A stretch of 64,000 nucleotides of DNA from Eledone cirrhosa (GCA_964016885.1 OZ024741.1:227478001-227542000); one strand, 5' to 3'. Shown: positions 27,446 through 41,482, counted from the first letter of the stretch. The notes: generated by a model from the letters alone, not told the origin. Program-made: numbers and translations.

Positions 27446-27733
27446 TCTTGATAGACTTCTTTTCAGGTTCTTTTTTATTTTCTTTGTTTTGTAGCTTTGT
27501 TTTTTTGACAGTTTGGTTAATATTAGTTTGTAAAGCTGGAACACTTTTTTCTGTAATAGGTCGTAATTCATTTGCCGTAGCAGTAGATGCAAGGGTGCTA
27601 GATTTTGAGCAAATTGTAAAAGGTCAATGATTGCAGTCTGGTCAAGAAGTAATTCTAGCATCGAGAATGAGACTGATATTGATTGTTCAGTGTTATGGTA
27701 GATCGTTTTGAAGTCAGGAGCATTAAGATGAGC
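27446..27733 (-). pseudogene. VPS13: VPS13A/C-like exon B, inactivated (acceptor AG>GG; probable 1-bp deletion)
   Basis: AHLNAPDFKTIYHNTEQSISVSFSMLELLLDQTAIIDLLQFAQNL resembles recalled VPS13A AEKNVPDLKSTYNNVLQLIKVNFSSLDIHLHTEALLNTINYL; donor gtaaga. Confidence 0.7.
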
Positions 27734-28300
27734 CCGTAAAACAAAGAATTATTTGTTTACAATGCTAAAAAAACAAAAACAAACAAAAAGCAAAGGCACA
27801 TTTAATTTTAGTTTTTTAAATGTCTTTTATAAAGGTTTTTCTTCAGGTATTTTATATTCTGTTACTTTGAAAAGAAAGTAAAGTGATTTGAAGAAATGGA
27901 TGATATGGGTCCCAGGCTCAGCTGGCTCTGGCTTCAGTACTTGAAGTAAGCTCCTATCCAGGGTTATAAACCCTTTCTCCCATCTTGACTTTAAAATGGT
28001 CGGTTAGTTTTCAGTTTATGTTGAGAATAGAGGAGGGATGGAGCATTAGGCTAGCAACTTACCTCCACTGCTACAGAAATGACAGATACCTTGTTTGAGA
28101 GCAGGCCCTTGACAGGGCTTGCAATTGTGTGGAATACATTTCTGGAGGAGTAAAAGGAACTAAAGAAGAAGACTTTACATTTTTAGATTGTTATTTGGAG
28201 AAATGGAAACAATTTCGAGTCAGTTTCCAAAATATTTCAAGCAATAGATTAAAACCTCACATATCCCAGATACATCAAGAGATACTGTAAAAGAGTATAC

Positions 28301-28389
28301 CTTAAGATAATCCAAAATCAATAACTTGTTGTCTGTATTATCAGCATTTGGTGTGTGAATTAGATTTATAACTTTACCATTTGGATCAG
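28301..28389 (-). CDS. VPS13: VPS13A/C-like exon A (89 bp, phase 1 to 0)
   Basis: ttttctag|..DPNGKVINLIHTPNADNTDNKLLILDYLK|gtatac; resembles VPS13A DENKKPVYLVTTLDNTMEDLLTLEYVK. Confidence 0.65.
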
Positions 28390-29827
28390 CTAGAAAAAAA
28401 GAATGTATTATGTAATACAATTTAATATGAAACAAATTTGCTACACCATTTAATCAAATCAGTTTAACACAAGTTCATAAAACTTAACATTTAAGAAAAT
28501 AAAACAGAAATAACTAATGGGCAAAAATTAATACTTTAGATATTAGTTTGTAATTTAGGTAGAAGACCAGCAAATATGAGGGAAGGGCAAAGTTGATTAA
28601 ATAAATTCAATTACTTCATTGTTACTTGAGTTTATCAACACCGAAAGGATGAAAGGCAAAGCTGACATCAGTGATATTTGAACTTAGAATGTTAAGAGCC
28701 AGAACAAATACCACAATGGCATTTTATCCAATGTTCTACCAATTCTGCTAACCCACCACTCTCTAATACTTTAATTATTAACAGTTACTTAACAAAAATT
28801 CCAATAGATTAATCTCTGTTGTATTTGAATATCTAATCAGCTCCAGATCCTAATGATTAACAATTTTGACAATACTATGTAACCTTTAAGATGTGTGAAA
28901 GAAAGTATCTTTATGTCTATGTATAAAGTTATAAATGCCAGATATAAATATACAAACTTTATTCAACGTTTCATTTGGTGAGTGAGATATGGCTTGTATC
29001 ATCATCACCGTTTTACGTCCGTTCTTCCACGCTAGCATGGGTTAGACGGGTTGTCCTGTTGTGAGCAGTGTCTGGTCGGCTGACCATGCCTTGCTCATAC
29101 AGGAACTGATTTGGGCTTGATTTCTACAGCTGGATGCCCTTCCTAACACCAACCTCATTTACAGTGAGTGCTGGATGCTTTTTCGTGGCGCCTACACGTC
29201 CACTTTACAGTGTGGGCTGGGTGCTTTTTTGCCGTGGCACCTCCACGACCACCTTGCAGTGGGAGGGTGTGGGGGCATATTGTCTATATGCTTCAGCTTG
29301 TACCCATGGGAGGTCGGGTACTCTGTATTACTGCGTGACGCCAGAGGTCACGGTCGTGTATATAATGTGTTTGGGTTCTATCCTACTGAGGTACACCTTG
29401 GGTGATGTGTGTCTTTATGTGTGTAAGCATGCATCTTCATATTAACAATGCTTAAAGCAGCCAGTAATATTTGCTTATGTCTACATAAACAATACATCCT
29501 ACAGCATAGTGGTTTGATGAAGTTGGACAGTATATACCGCACTTATAATTAAAATATTGGTTGGTATCCAATTCATGCTGCAAGGAAATGTGGGTATGAT
29601 GATATAATGATCTACTTAGAACTTACAGCATACAGTAATTTTCTCATTCAATCCTTACCATGTAATAAGATAGTTTTCATTTTGAATGACTTAATGTTAA
29701 AAATATCAATAAATCAAAAAATACATTTACTCTATTTCTTTGCAATAATTTGGTTGACAGCCTAAAGGTACCAGGATGAAAATCACAGATAAAAAAAAAA
29801 AAGAACAAAAGGTTTTTAACAACTTAC

Positions 29828-29995
29828 CAATAGCTGATTAACAAACTTGTTAAGGAAGACAAATTCCATACATCCTATAGTGACATTAATACTTGTATCA
29901 ACACAAGTCATATCATGGACTTTGTCACCTTCTGTCCCGTTATTATAAGCCACAATTCCACAATTCAGTACTTCAGAACCTTTAATTGATAAGAT
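29828..29995 (-). CDS. VPS13: VPS13A/C-like exon E (168 bp, phase 0 to 0)
   Basis: tttttcag|ILSIKGSEVLNCGIVAYNNGTEGDKVHDMTCVDTSINVTIGCMEFVFLNKFVNQLL|gtaagt; resembles VPS13C SIMGNEVF..DATEGD..DMSKVD..VGCIQIVYLHKF. Confidence 0.85.
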
Positions 29996-30864
29996 CTGAA
30001 AAATTAAATTGAAAATAAGATAATACAATTAAAAAAAACAAAAAACTGAACATTTAAAATGAATGTAATCAGTAATAATAGTTATAACCCATAAATCAAG
30101 TTAGTCTAACACACCCAGTTTAACAACAGCACCCGATTCATGGGTGTCTTTTGTATGTGCTATTGCAAGCATCTAGACTACATTTTCCTCCTCTACCAAC
30201 ATCGACCTGCAGATGTTCAGCCTAAATATCAGCTACATCAATCTTACCAGTCTGGGAGGATCTGTAAAATGTTATGAGAACTGTACCTCTTCATCTGACT
30301 AAAAAAAGAAAAAGTCAATTAGCTATAAAAATGTCCTGGCTGGCTGAGTTTATAAGTGTTTGTGTTTTATATTTTGTGGGTGATGCTATACCTTGCCTGT
30401 AGCAAGAGGTGTAATCTAATCCATCTAGTTAAAATTAAGTACCTTAAGGTAGTTTAAACCAGTGTTGTTGACAGCAGGAGAACTGCAAAATTGGCAAATA
30501 TTTTCAGTGCTGAGACTCAACCTTCTACCACCAAGGGTATACTTTGAAGATGCATGGGCTCCAGGCTAACTTTAAATAATCCTATAATTTATGGGACTAA
30601 CAGCCATTAGCCTAATGGCTCTAATTCTTTCCTGCACCAATCAATGCAGCTTTTCAGTATTATTTACAACTAATGACATTCTTATGAGAAGACAAAAGAT
30701 ATTAACAATTATTCAACAAAAATTTAAACATTTTAAGCTTTGTTGCATTTGAATATCTAATTAGCTCCAGATCCTAAATAAGTTATTTACAAACAATTTT
30801 GACTATATTACGTAGTCATTAAGATATGTGAGAGAATTTTTCTACCATAAAGAATGTTACATAC

Positions 30865-30968
30865 TTCAGGATAATAACATTTAGCATCAGAATTTAAGAT
30901 TATAAGATCCTTCAGTTCAGCTCCGATAGTTGTTTTGTCTATTTGAAGACTGACATCAGCATTTATAC
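30865..30968 (-). CDS. VPS13: VPS13A/C-like exon D (104 bp, phase 1 to 0)
   Basis: ttattacag|GINADVSLQIDKTTIGAELKDLIILNSDAKCYYPE|gtatgt; splices in frame to 29995; resembles VPS13A GLDSEM..EINAKLRNIIVLDSD. Confidence 0.8.
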
Positions 30969-31098
30969 CTGTAATAAAACAAATCAGGAATGAATATTCC
31001 AGTAACAACAGTGTAATAATACATATGAACCAAACATGTATTATATAATAGCAATACAATCAATTGTCCATATTATTTCAGTAACAATGCATGTACAG

Positions 31099-32012
31099 TA
31101 GGGTGTTCCATTTTGCAAACCAATAATCTCAAGTCGATTACGTCTGTGTTTGAATTAATAAAATAATGAGGTATGCCGAATTATAGGTCAATAAAATAAT
31201 ATTTAGGGGTTTCACACTTTCACATCCTTATATTATGACAATTTTTTTTATTCTGGTCTGTCGTATATTGTCCTTTCTTTTTACTTTACTGAATCCAATA
31301 AGGAAACCACATGACAGAACGAAATGAAATGAAAATAAGTAGGAGGAATAAATTTTAAATATACATTCTAAATATACAATAATATAAATTAAATTTATAA
31401 CCGGAAATTGCATCCTTTGTCCTCTGGAGCACTTGTTTCCTTTGTTCCGCAACAATTTCTAGAGGAAACTATTTCTGATTTTTATCCTTTGTAGGATCAT
31501 TAAACCTCTTTATGAGATAAATACTCAGCAGTGCCATTCACAACTTTCAGAGCATCAACAGATGCTTTGACATCGCTGTCACTGAAAAAATCCAAATTGT
31601 TTGGGACAATGTCGAGTACACGGAAAAAGTTATTTGTTTTCTTCATAAGCCATGCATTTCCCTCAGACCTTCTTCATCTCCTTTTTTTCTTCTCATCCAG
31701 TCCAAGTCTTTTGTAAAAGAAAGCCAATACTACTAACTCTTCTGAGAAGTCCCAAAGGTGACACCGACGGACCGTCTCTGCCACAGTTCCAATCTGTTGG
31801 TCAGGATACATTGGTAACAGCTTCATCAAATCGAGTTAATTTTTTGGAACCTATGTGGGAACCATTGCTTCATTCCAAAGGCATCCAGCTGTAAAAACCC
31901 TGGCCAAATTTACAGGCCTGGTGGAGCAAAGTATGGCATGGCTAATTTTGGCCAAATTTGTCTCTCGATGCAGATAACTTGTCTGATCCCTGCAAGCATG
32001 GAAAATGGACGG

Positions 32013-32064
<52 letters not shown>

Positions 32065-32989
32065 AGTCACAAAGTTAGCGATGTTTTTGTAGACTCATGT
32101 GGTGTAAGCTTAAATTGTTCTTTGAACAGAACTATCTTCATCACATATATGGCCTTAGCAATCCAATGAGCCTGGTGGTAAGCTTCTGGAACCAAGAAAG
32201 AGAATTAGAGAGATGGCCAACCACCAAGATGGAGAAGGGAGACCTTTATGAACTCGGCAGTCTTCTTGCAGATGATCTCCAGAAAGCTGTACAGTCAGTA
32301 GATATTTAACCATCTCCTCTCATTTTTGCTTTTAAAAATTTTCTACGGGCTCATCATCATCCAGATGGTTTCATAATGAGACTTATCTGAGGAGTCCCAA
32401 TGTTCGTGGAACCTTTTGACCAGTGGGAGACCAGGAGCAGATGATGGGTAAAAGATCTAAAAGAGTTTCTTCAAAACCAGTTCAAGAACATGATGGCGAC
32501 AAGCCAGTCACAAGATGGATTTTTCAAAACTGCTTCAATGTTTATATTAGCTCCTTCATGTATGCCAGTGTTACTGGTAGTGGTATTGAAGGACATACCA
32601 ATTATTCTATCCTCAAGTTTGAGTTTCCTTCAAAACAACTTCTGCGATTTGTTGTCCAGTTTCATCTCTTGCAATCGGAACACCTAAGAACTCCTCCTTT
32701 CCTTTTCCTGTAATTAAAACTGCAATATACTCTTTGAGTGTGCCGGATTGGGAAACCATCATCATCATTGTTTAATGTCCACCTTCCATGCTAGCATGGT
32801 CTAGACAGGTTTGTTCCATTTAGAGGCAAGTTGGGTCGGGTGACCATGTCTCGTTCATATAGGACTGTTTCTGGCTGGTTTTCTATGGCCGGATGCCCCT
32901 CCTAGCACACAGTGTGCTGGGTGCTTTTTGTTGTGACACCTACATGACCACTTTACAGTGTGAGTTCGATATTTTGTGGTACCAACATA

Positions 32990-33020
<31 letters not shown>

Positions 33021-34530
33021 CAACGTCAACCTCATTTACAGTGAGTACTGGGTGCTTTTTGGCATGATGCCTATACAACCACTTTACAGTGGTAATAATT
33101 TTCCATCCCAGTGAAGGACTAGCCAGGATTTGTCTTCATGTGGGAAAGCGAATAAATCATTTTCGTAAGCCAACTTCTCATGCTGACTGGTTCTTGCTCG
33201 GTAAACAGTTGAGGGGGAAATGGAGAGTTCAGACATCTTCTATATATATAAAAGCGAGGATGTGTGTGTGTCTGTGTACAACTTTGGATACCTAAAGCTT
33301 TTACAATTACCAACCGAATTTAACCAAATTTTCTGTGCACGTTGCACAGGTCGCTAAGATGGTTACATCACAAAAAAATTTCAAATCGACCCACGTTGAG
33401 TAATAACAAATCGATATCCAAATTATCGGTAGCAAAATTTATATAAGGGAGATAACCAACTTTATTGACAGAAATATAAACATCAGATTCATTTGAAGAT
33501 AAATCACTAATATTATCGTTTGTTTCTTGTTTATTCTTTGTTGCATTTTAATGTAAGAAGGACTTGCTTGTCGTATCGATACTCTCCCGTTCCCACATGG
33601 CAACAAGAGTGGAATTGAGAGTCGGCTTTAGAGGTGGTGATGACTTGAAGATTTCATCATCATCATCATTAATAGATCAGCTGGATGATGAACTTTCAAG
33701 AGCTATACTCTTGGACATCTTGATTTCTTCATCCTGCTTTCTCTTTCTTACTTTCATATTGGGAATCTTCTTTTCTTTCTTCTAAATGTCTCTCACATGT
33801 TCTGTATCAACACCAGTCAGGAATGAAGACATCTGATCCTCTTGTTGTGTCTCAAGGAAAGCTTTGTTTTCAGATGGGACATCCTTTCATTCGAATGTCC
33901 TGGCTTGCAAAATTTCCTCGAGATCATCTTTCCAAATCTCACTCTTAACAATTGCTTTGTCAGTCATCCTATATTTTTCTTTTTTCTGTTCTTGATACTC
34001 CTTATACAATTTCTTGATTGAAGTGCGATGTTTTTTTTCTGTTTTGTTAGGGATATTTGCTTTTCTCCACACTTCCTGAATCTTGTTGCTAGTGTCTTTT
34101 ACGGCAACTGAAATTGTCCTCTCCAAGTTTGTGGTGGTACAGAAACTACAAGAACACTTGTGATAATGGTAGTGGGAGTAAAATTGATGGTGGTGTAGGT
34201 GATGGTAGAGTAATAATGGTATTGGCAGTGGTTGTGTTATAATGGTAGTTTTGATGGTGGTGGTATAATGCTAGGGGTAGTGGCGGAGGTGTAGTTGGTA
34301 GTGTTGCTGGTGTAGAGGAACCTGGCTACAATCAACAAGTGTTGAAGGAAAATCTTTTCATTATTTTTGGCATATCATTCCAAAGGCACCAAACTGTGTA
34401 ACCCCTAAATATATCTGTACCTTCTTATATTTTCGCCTGTGTAGATTTTATATGAAATAGATTCATGACGCAATTGACATGAGGTGATTCCAGCAAAAAT
34501 AATTTTTCCCTATAAATATGAAACACCCTA
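31099..34530 (-). mobile_element. Decayed hAT (hATm-like) DNA transposon with nested SINE and Helitron fragments
   Basis: TIRs TAGGGTGTTCCAT / ATGAAACACCCTA; transposase remnants VWRKANIP..IKKLYKEY, LACRHHVLELVL, HQAHWIAKAIYVMK. Confidence 0.75.
33236..33548 (+). mobile_element. Non-autonomous Helitron-like element (3' end missing)
   Basis: Homologous to 54409-54746. Confidence 0.6.
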
Positions 34531-35235
34531 ATGTGATTTACATATGAATTATATATTGTTTATAAGTCTAACAATATATATAGATCAAGCTAATTACACA
34601 TCAATCAAAATGTTACTCTTTTTTGCAAGTTTTGTGAACATTTTGTGAAGTTCTACTCCAAACTCCAGATTAATAATGAAAAAGTGGGTTATATCCATTC
34701 AAATTCTTGATTATTTAAAAGATTATTTGAAAATCATAGGCACTGTTTTTCATTGGAAATATGGTAATGAAAAGGTTAATTTTTCATCTCTCAGAACAAT
34801 AATTTCTTTCTAATGACTAATTTGCTTCAAGAACTCAAACTGATCCCAACCACATCATCATCTAGTTATCCCAATTCCCAAGTGCTGAAGACACTAAGAT
34901 CAATACTTCTTTCAATCAAACTAATTAAAACAAAATATAATATTCATATAATTGATATATCGCTCATGTTTCCCTTCTTAAGACAGACAACCAACAGAGA
35001 CATTACCATCAAGAATGAGTTTCGAAAGTGAAGTGAAAATTATGAGCAATAAAATACAAGTGAGACACTAAGAGAAAGCTAACCCCTTCATTACTATATT
35101 TCTAATAAAATACACTGTATTTGAGTTGATGAAAGAAGAATTTGGAGGTATTTACAAAAATGATTACATTATTAAAATGTCATATAGTTTTTATATGAAA
35201 TTTGTAATATAAAAACTAATTTAAATTCATTTAAT

Positions 35236-35520
35236 TATGTAGATTCTACTTCCACAGACTTCAAATTTCGTTTTAATAAACATAAATGCTCTTTTACGAA
35301 TATAAATAAAAAATCTTCAACTTCTTTATCTAGCTTACTATGGGACCTAAAATTAAAGAACATTAACTATTCTTTACTTTGGAATATTATCTCCAAAGCT
35401 CCTCCATTCAATTCTTCTCCCGAAAATTGTGCTTTGTATAGAGGAAATATTCTTTATATTAAAGAGTAAAAATTCTGTGAATCTAAGAAACAATCTCTTC
35501 AGTTGCTGCAAACATAGATT
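35236..35520 (+). pseudogene. PLE GIY-YIG endonuclease fragment (not in ORF track)
   Basis: YVDSTSTDFKFRFNKHKCSF..STSLSSLLWDLK..WNIISKAPPF..CAL/IEEIFFI..NLRNNLFSCCKHR. Confidence 0.75.
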
Positions 35521-36024
35521 GAATTCAACGTTTAAATATAAATTTAAAATGTAATATATAACTCATCTTATTAAACCTAACGATAAATCACCAGATTCCT
35601 TCGTACGACTGCCAAAAACTCTCTTAAATGGGGAAAACTTTTCCTTGAAAATTCTTCTAGATAAACATACTTAAAGTTTTAAAAAAAAATGGATATATAA
35701 AAAATTAAGATAAACATACTGAAAGTTAAAAGAAAAAGGATTTTTGGTTAATTCCTCTGATGGATATATAAAAAGTTATAATTCATATTTTATACTGTGT
35801 TTTTTCTATGTATTCTTATATATATTTTTTAAAAGCTACATATTTTGGAATTATATTGCTTAAAAATTACATTGCTTAAAAATATAATCCCTTTTAAAAT
35901 TATATAATTATATATTTTTTAAAAATTGTAATTCCTTTTTTAAAAATTGAAATTCCTTTTAAAATTATAATCCTTTTAAAATTATAACTCACATTTTAAT
36001 TTTATTTTAAAAGTATGTATTTTG

Positions 36025-36121
<97 letters not shown>

Positions 36122-36663
36122 ATGTATGTATATGTATGTATATGTATATATATGTGTATGTGTGTATATGTGCGTATCCATGTATGTATGTCTATATATA
36201 TGTGGGTCTATATATATCGAAATGTATAATTTTGAATGCATTCTATAAATGAACTCATGTAAAAAGTTATTTTACGGTTTATGCTTTAGATATATTCTTA
36301 AGAAAAACTTTAAATATTAAGACGTTATAGTAAACAAACTCATATTTTAACAGTCACAACTATATAACAGGTGGATCTATAAAATATATAAATTTTATAG
36401 CTTACTATAAAATAATATAAGGTTCTCTTATAATCTTAACTTTTTTTATTATCTTAATTTTTATAACATTTAATCATTAGAACTATCTAAATTACAAATA
36501 AATCAATTAATTTCCCCTCACGCTGTATTGCTATTACTAAGAAGAGTTTTTCTTCAGTAAAATCTCTGAACATTCCTACATTTTAAACATATATTTTATC
36601 ATTTCTTATAAGTTTTATTGTTAATTGAAAAATTAATAATAAATTGTTGGTTGATGAGGTAAC

Positions 36664-37945
36664 ATGTTGGAGCCTATCTCAGTAAAAAATGGAGTGAAAC
36701 AGGGCGATATTCCAGCACCGACCCTGTTTGTCATATACTTTGCAATGGTTTTCTGTATTGCATTCAGGAATTGCGAGCATGGTGTTTACATCCGATATCG
36801 AACCTCAGGCAGCATATTTAACACCAGGCGCTTTGCTGCAAAGACAAAAGTATTTACATCAATCATAAGAGACCTCTTGTATGCAGATGATTGTGACCTT
36901 GTAGCGCACACAGAGCGTGATATGCAGCACATTTTGAATGCATTTTCTGACGCTTGCACTGCCCTAGGATTGATTGTCAGTCTCAAGAAAACCGTCGTCA
37001 TGTACCAACCTGCCCCTGGTAAGCAGTACAGTGAACCAAATATCTATGTGTATGGTAAACGACTTGGAGTGGTTGATCAGTTTGTCTACCTGGGAAGCAC
37101 TGTCAATCGAAAGGTCTACAAGGCATGTGTGCTCTCTTCTCTTCTTTATGCCTGCGAGACCTGGGTCACATATCGACACCACCTTAAGCAATTGGAGCAT
37201 TTCCATCAGATATGTCTCAGAGGATCCATGGCGTTCACTGGAGGGACCATATCAGTGATGTCGAGATTTTGGAAAGCTCTATGTGTGACAGTATAGAAGT
37301 TCTTGTGCTTAAGCACCGACTCCGTTGGAGTGGTCACCTTGCCAGGATGAAGGATTCTAGAATACCAAAACAACTCTTTTATGGAGGGTTAGTTAAAGGA
37401 AAACGACCGCTACATAAACCAAAAAAGAGGTATATGGATTCCTTGAAAGCCTCTTTGAAAGATGCTAACATCTCTGCTGATACATGGGAAAATATTGCTG
37501 CTGATCGTAATAAATGGAGAAAGACTGTATATGAGGGAAAAGTTGCCTTTGAGGCATCTCGAATCTCATACGAGAAAGAAAAGCGGGATGTGAGGAAGGG
37601 CATTGCTGTTGCACTTCCAGACGGCGAGGGTCCTCCTATGGTGCTGACATGCAGCGTCTGTGCGAGACTCTGCCTAAGCAAAGCTGGACTCGAAAGTCAT
37701 CTTCGCAGTCATAAAGTAAGACCAGTGGTTGACTACCAGGCTGCTGTTGGAGGTGCTACTCATCATGCTTGCCAAGCATGTGATAGAGAATGTAAATCAG
37801 CAGGAGGACGCAACCGACATGCAAAAGTACATGAACTCCAAACACAGCCGGCTATTCCCAGTGAATGTTTTGGTTGCCGACTCTGTGCAAGACATTTTAG
37901 ATCATTGGCTGGGCTAAAAAGCCACATTCGATCGCAGCGCTGTAT
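36664..37945 (+). pseudogene. RTE (BovB-like) LINE 3' fragment: RT + three C2H2-like fingers; internal deletion and frameshift
   Basis: GVKQGDIPAPTLF..LLYADD..LYACETW..RLRWSGH; CSVC..HLRSH, CQAC..HAKVH, CRLC..HIRS. Confidence 0.85.
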
Positions 37946-38107
37946 GTTGCTATCGTGTGTGTGTGTGTATAGATATGTTTATGTGTGTGCGTGTGTGTAT
38001 ATATATATATGTATATTATTATTGTTGTACCGTCCTGTATTGTCCTGTACTATCCTTAATGTCTACTTTATGTAAACTTGTGGTTAATAAAGAAAGCATT
38101 ATTGTTA

Positions 38108-38172
<65 letters not shown>

Positions 38173-38471
38173 ATATATATAGAGAGATTAGAGCAAACAT
38201 CACGGGCGCTCTATCTCAAAATTATTTTTGAAAAGCATTAGAAATGCGCAACCGGTAAAACTTAAAACCAAAACTCAATACTAACCAATACTATTACTAA
38301 TTTTTACTTATTCCTAATTAAACTATTTTTCACTGGGAACAATTTGTCAGCATTTTCTTTTCCTTTTACCAATATATATATATATATATATATATAAAGA
38401 GCGGAGCAAGCAATTATCAAACAATTCTATAAATAAATTAAAAAACGATTTAAATAATTACCTGTTCTATT

Positions 38472-38551
38472 GCTGTTACCGACGGTTTCACCAATCCAAA
38501 AATTGGAAATCCAGAGAATTTCCAATGGAAAGAATTGGATCTTCAGACAGC
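38472..38551 (-). ncRNA. Type I HHR with long stem II
   Basis: GCTGT-CTGAAGA-T-CCAAT..ATTGGAAATTC(TCT)GGATTTCCAAT..ATTGG-T-GAAA-CCGTCGG-TA-ACAGC. Confidence 0.8.
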
Positions 38552-39381
38552 TTATTTCCATACTATTAGGTTGCTAGTCTTATAGTAAGTCAATATTTCG
38601 CTTCCTGCCTATCGCATGCGGTCAGGCCGTGAAAATGACACACGCAAAATTAGGTCGCAAGTAAGAGCTGTTTATTATAAACTTGTTGATACTGCCACTA
38701 AAATTAGCAGCACTATACAACGTTTTGTTCTCTACATAAGGAGAAAAATTATAAAAGGGTATGGATATTTCAACAGGCACTAGGTACCTATAGAAATATT
38801 GCTTGCTCCGCTCTTTTTATATTGTTCTGGTATCTTAAATTAGTACCATCGAACCACAACTAGTATAAACACCTTGCATATTTCTATATGTACTTAGTGC
38901 CTGTTGAAATATCCATACCCCTTTTATATATATATATATATATTTTTTTTCTCGTGCAATGGCCATACTCGATAACGAGGGGGCAGCCATCATCATGTAT
39001 GTATATAACAGTGCAACACAAATTTCAATGCAGTATATACATCACTTATAAAACTATGCCCATCAGCTAATTCGGCAAATAGCCATTTTTTCTACACTTT
39101 GTTCTACACTCTCTCACTTTGTCACGTTCCCTCCCTCTTTCTCCACCCTCTCTCTCCCAAACTCTCTCTCTCAGCTCTTGTCATCCCTTCTGTCACTCTC
39201 TTCCCACACGTCTCTATCTTTCCCCCGCTTACACTATTTATGTACCCAAACACACATATATTTATATATATATACCCAACACATATATGTATATATTTGT
39301 ATATATTCATTTCTCTCGTACTTTCACGCCAACTCCCGCTTCTCACTCCTTCAATCTCTCTCTGCCACTCTCTACTCTGTG

Positions 39382-39471
<90 letters not shown>

Positions 39472-39479
39472 CATGAGAA

Positions 39480-40065
39480 GAAAGAAGAATACTGCGTGGT
39501 TTGCACATGGGTTACATATGATAAAAATAGTCCTTCGTCAGTGATTTTCCAACCATCATTGGTATTTCATCGCATTAAAAATCAGATACCTCAGGTTGGT
39601 GCGAGCAATAACTAAAAAAAGTTATTGGGACCAGAATTCTTTCTTCTCATGTGTTTTATATATATTTACCTCGGCTGCGTTTGTCTGTTTCTCTCTTACT
39701 GCTTCCCCGCTCTCTCTGTTTCTCTCGCCTTCTTTCGCCCCCTCTGTCAGTTACACTTTCTATCGACTGACCTCTTCCTCACACTTCCACTCACTCACTC
39801 TCTGTTTCTCCCCTTCTCACTTCCTCCCGTTTGGCTTGTGTGGGTCTCTTCTTGCTCACATCTCACACACATCAACACGGTCTGTACCTCTCACGCTCAT
39901 GAAATCCACCCAGCTTATGCTGACCGGACAACCATGTTGCTTGTTTATTTTCCTATCTTCAGTTTGCTTTTATCCTTCTATGTTGTTTACTTGTCCCTCT
40001 CGCCTTACGCGAATTCTGGTCCCAATAACTTTTTTTAGTTATTGCTCGCACCAACCTGAGGTATA
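39480..40065. mobile_element. Rearranged copy of the ~680 bp repeat family at 60884-61702
   Basis: Shared GGGTTACATATG..GTCCTTCRTCAGTG..GGTTGGTGCGAGCAA block; internal inversion. Confidence 0.65.
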
Positions 40066-40156
40066 TATATATGTATATAACGAAGGAAATGTGGTAAGGA
40101 ACCAGATGGACCATAACGCACCAAAGTACTCAATACTTAGGGTAGTAGAGTGGTTA

Positions 40157-40351
40157 ATAGGAACAAGTATGACCCCGACGGCAGAGCTCAAGCCGTTTCG
40201 ACGGCTAATTCTGGACTAAATAAGAAATTTTAGCCATGGTAAATAAATAGCCCATTAAATAGCTATTTATTTACCAAGGCTAAACATTCTTATTTAGTCC
40301 AGAATTAGCCGTCGAAGCGGCTTGAGCTCTGCCGTCGGGGTCATACTTGTT

Positions 40352-40356
<5 letters not shown>
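40157..40356. repeat. ~200 bp near-perfect palindrome
   Basis: Arms ~95 bp with ~10 nt loop. Confidence 0.85.
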
Positions 40357-40394
<38 letters not shown>

Positions 40395-40398
<4 letters not shown>

Positions 40399-41482
40399 GT
40401 AAGTATGTATGTATACGTACATACATATATGTATATAGACGTACAGTAGTATGTATATATACATACATGCACACATATATATATATATATATACGTATGG
40501 GTTTACCGAACATTTATTATAATGTTCGGTTTGTTTGTAAACAAACAAACAGCCCGAATTACGCCGTACAGTGTTCAGGCAACCATCGTCGCCTTTTTGT
40601 TCAACACTGACATAGGAACGCTGTACTAGTTTCAAGCTTATTAGCTATCGTCAGCATCGTATACCTTCCTGCCAGATGATTGAACGTCTGAAAGTATATA
40701 CTTTCCTTATGCATATTAACGGCTGAGCAGCCTAATTTGCATATCGAGTGAGTTAGTCGGCCGGGCGCAGCGAAAACGATAAATGGAAAAGAATGAAACG
40801 AAATTTCATTTCTCACTGTTAGTACGGCTGATACTTAAATGTATGTAATTATACGTACATACATATATGTATACAGACGTACAGTAGTATGTATATATAT
40901 ACATACATGCACACACATATATATGTACGTATGGGTGTACGTCTGTATACATATATTTATGTACGTATACAAACATACTTACATTTAAGTATCAGCCGTA
41001 CTAACAGTGAGAAATGAAATTTCGTTTCATTCTTTTGCATTTATCGTTTTCGGTACGCCCGGACAACTAACTCACTCGATATGCAAATTAGGCTGCTCAG
41101 CCGTTAATATGCATAAGGAAAGTATATACTTTCAGACGTTCAATCATCTGACAGGAAGGTATACGATGCTGACGATAGCTAATAAGCTTGAAACTAATAC
41201 ATCATTCCTGTGTCAGTGTTGAACAAAAAGGTGACGATGGTTGCCTGAACACTGTACGGCGTAATTCGGGTTGTTTGTTTGTTTACAAACAAACCGAACG
41301 TTATAATTAATGTTCGATAAACACCTACGTACACATATATATATATGTGTGCATGTATGTATATATATACATACTACTGTACGTCTGTATATATATATAT
41401 GTACGTATACATACATACCTACATTTAAGTATCAGCCGTACTAAGAGTGAGAAATGAAATTTCGTTTCATTATTTTCCATTT
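40395..41482. mobile_element. ~420 bp HHR family, locus 2 (two opposed 1.x copies); HHRs at 40618-40660 (-) and 41163-41205 (+, mutated)
   Basis: Identity to 17355-18305. Confidence 0.85.

Noticed and set aside
27020-33090. Spaced TTTACAGTGTG repeats resembling a CRISPR array
   Set aside because: Internal degenerate subrepeats of a eukaryotic SINE-like family; no cas genes
34925-35070. Minus-strand LLVVCLKKGNMSDISII resembling the missing VPS13 exon C
   Set aside because: Needs frameshifts and has no GT donor; similarity too short to support
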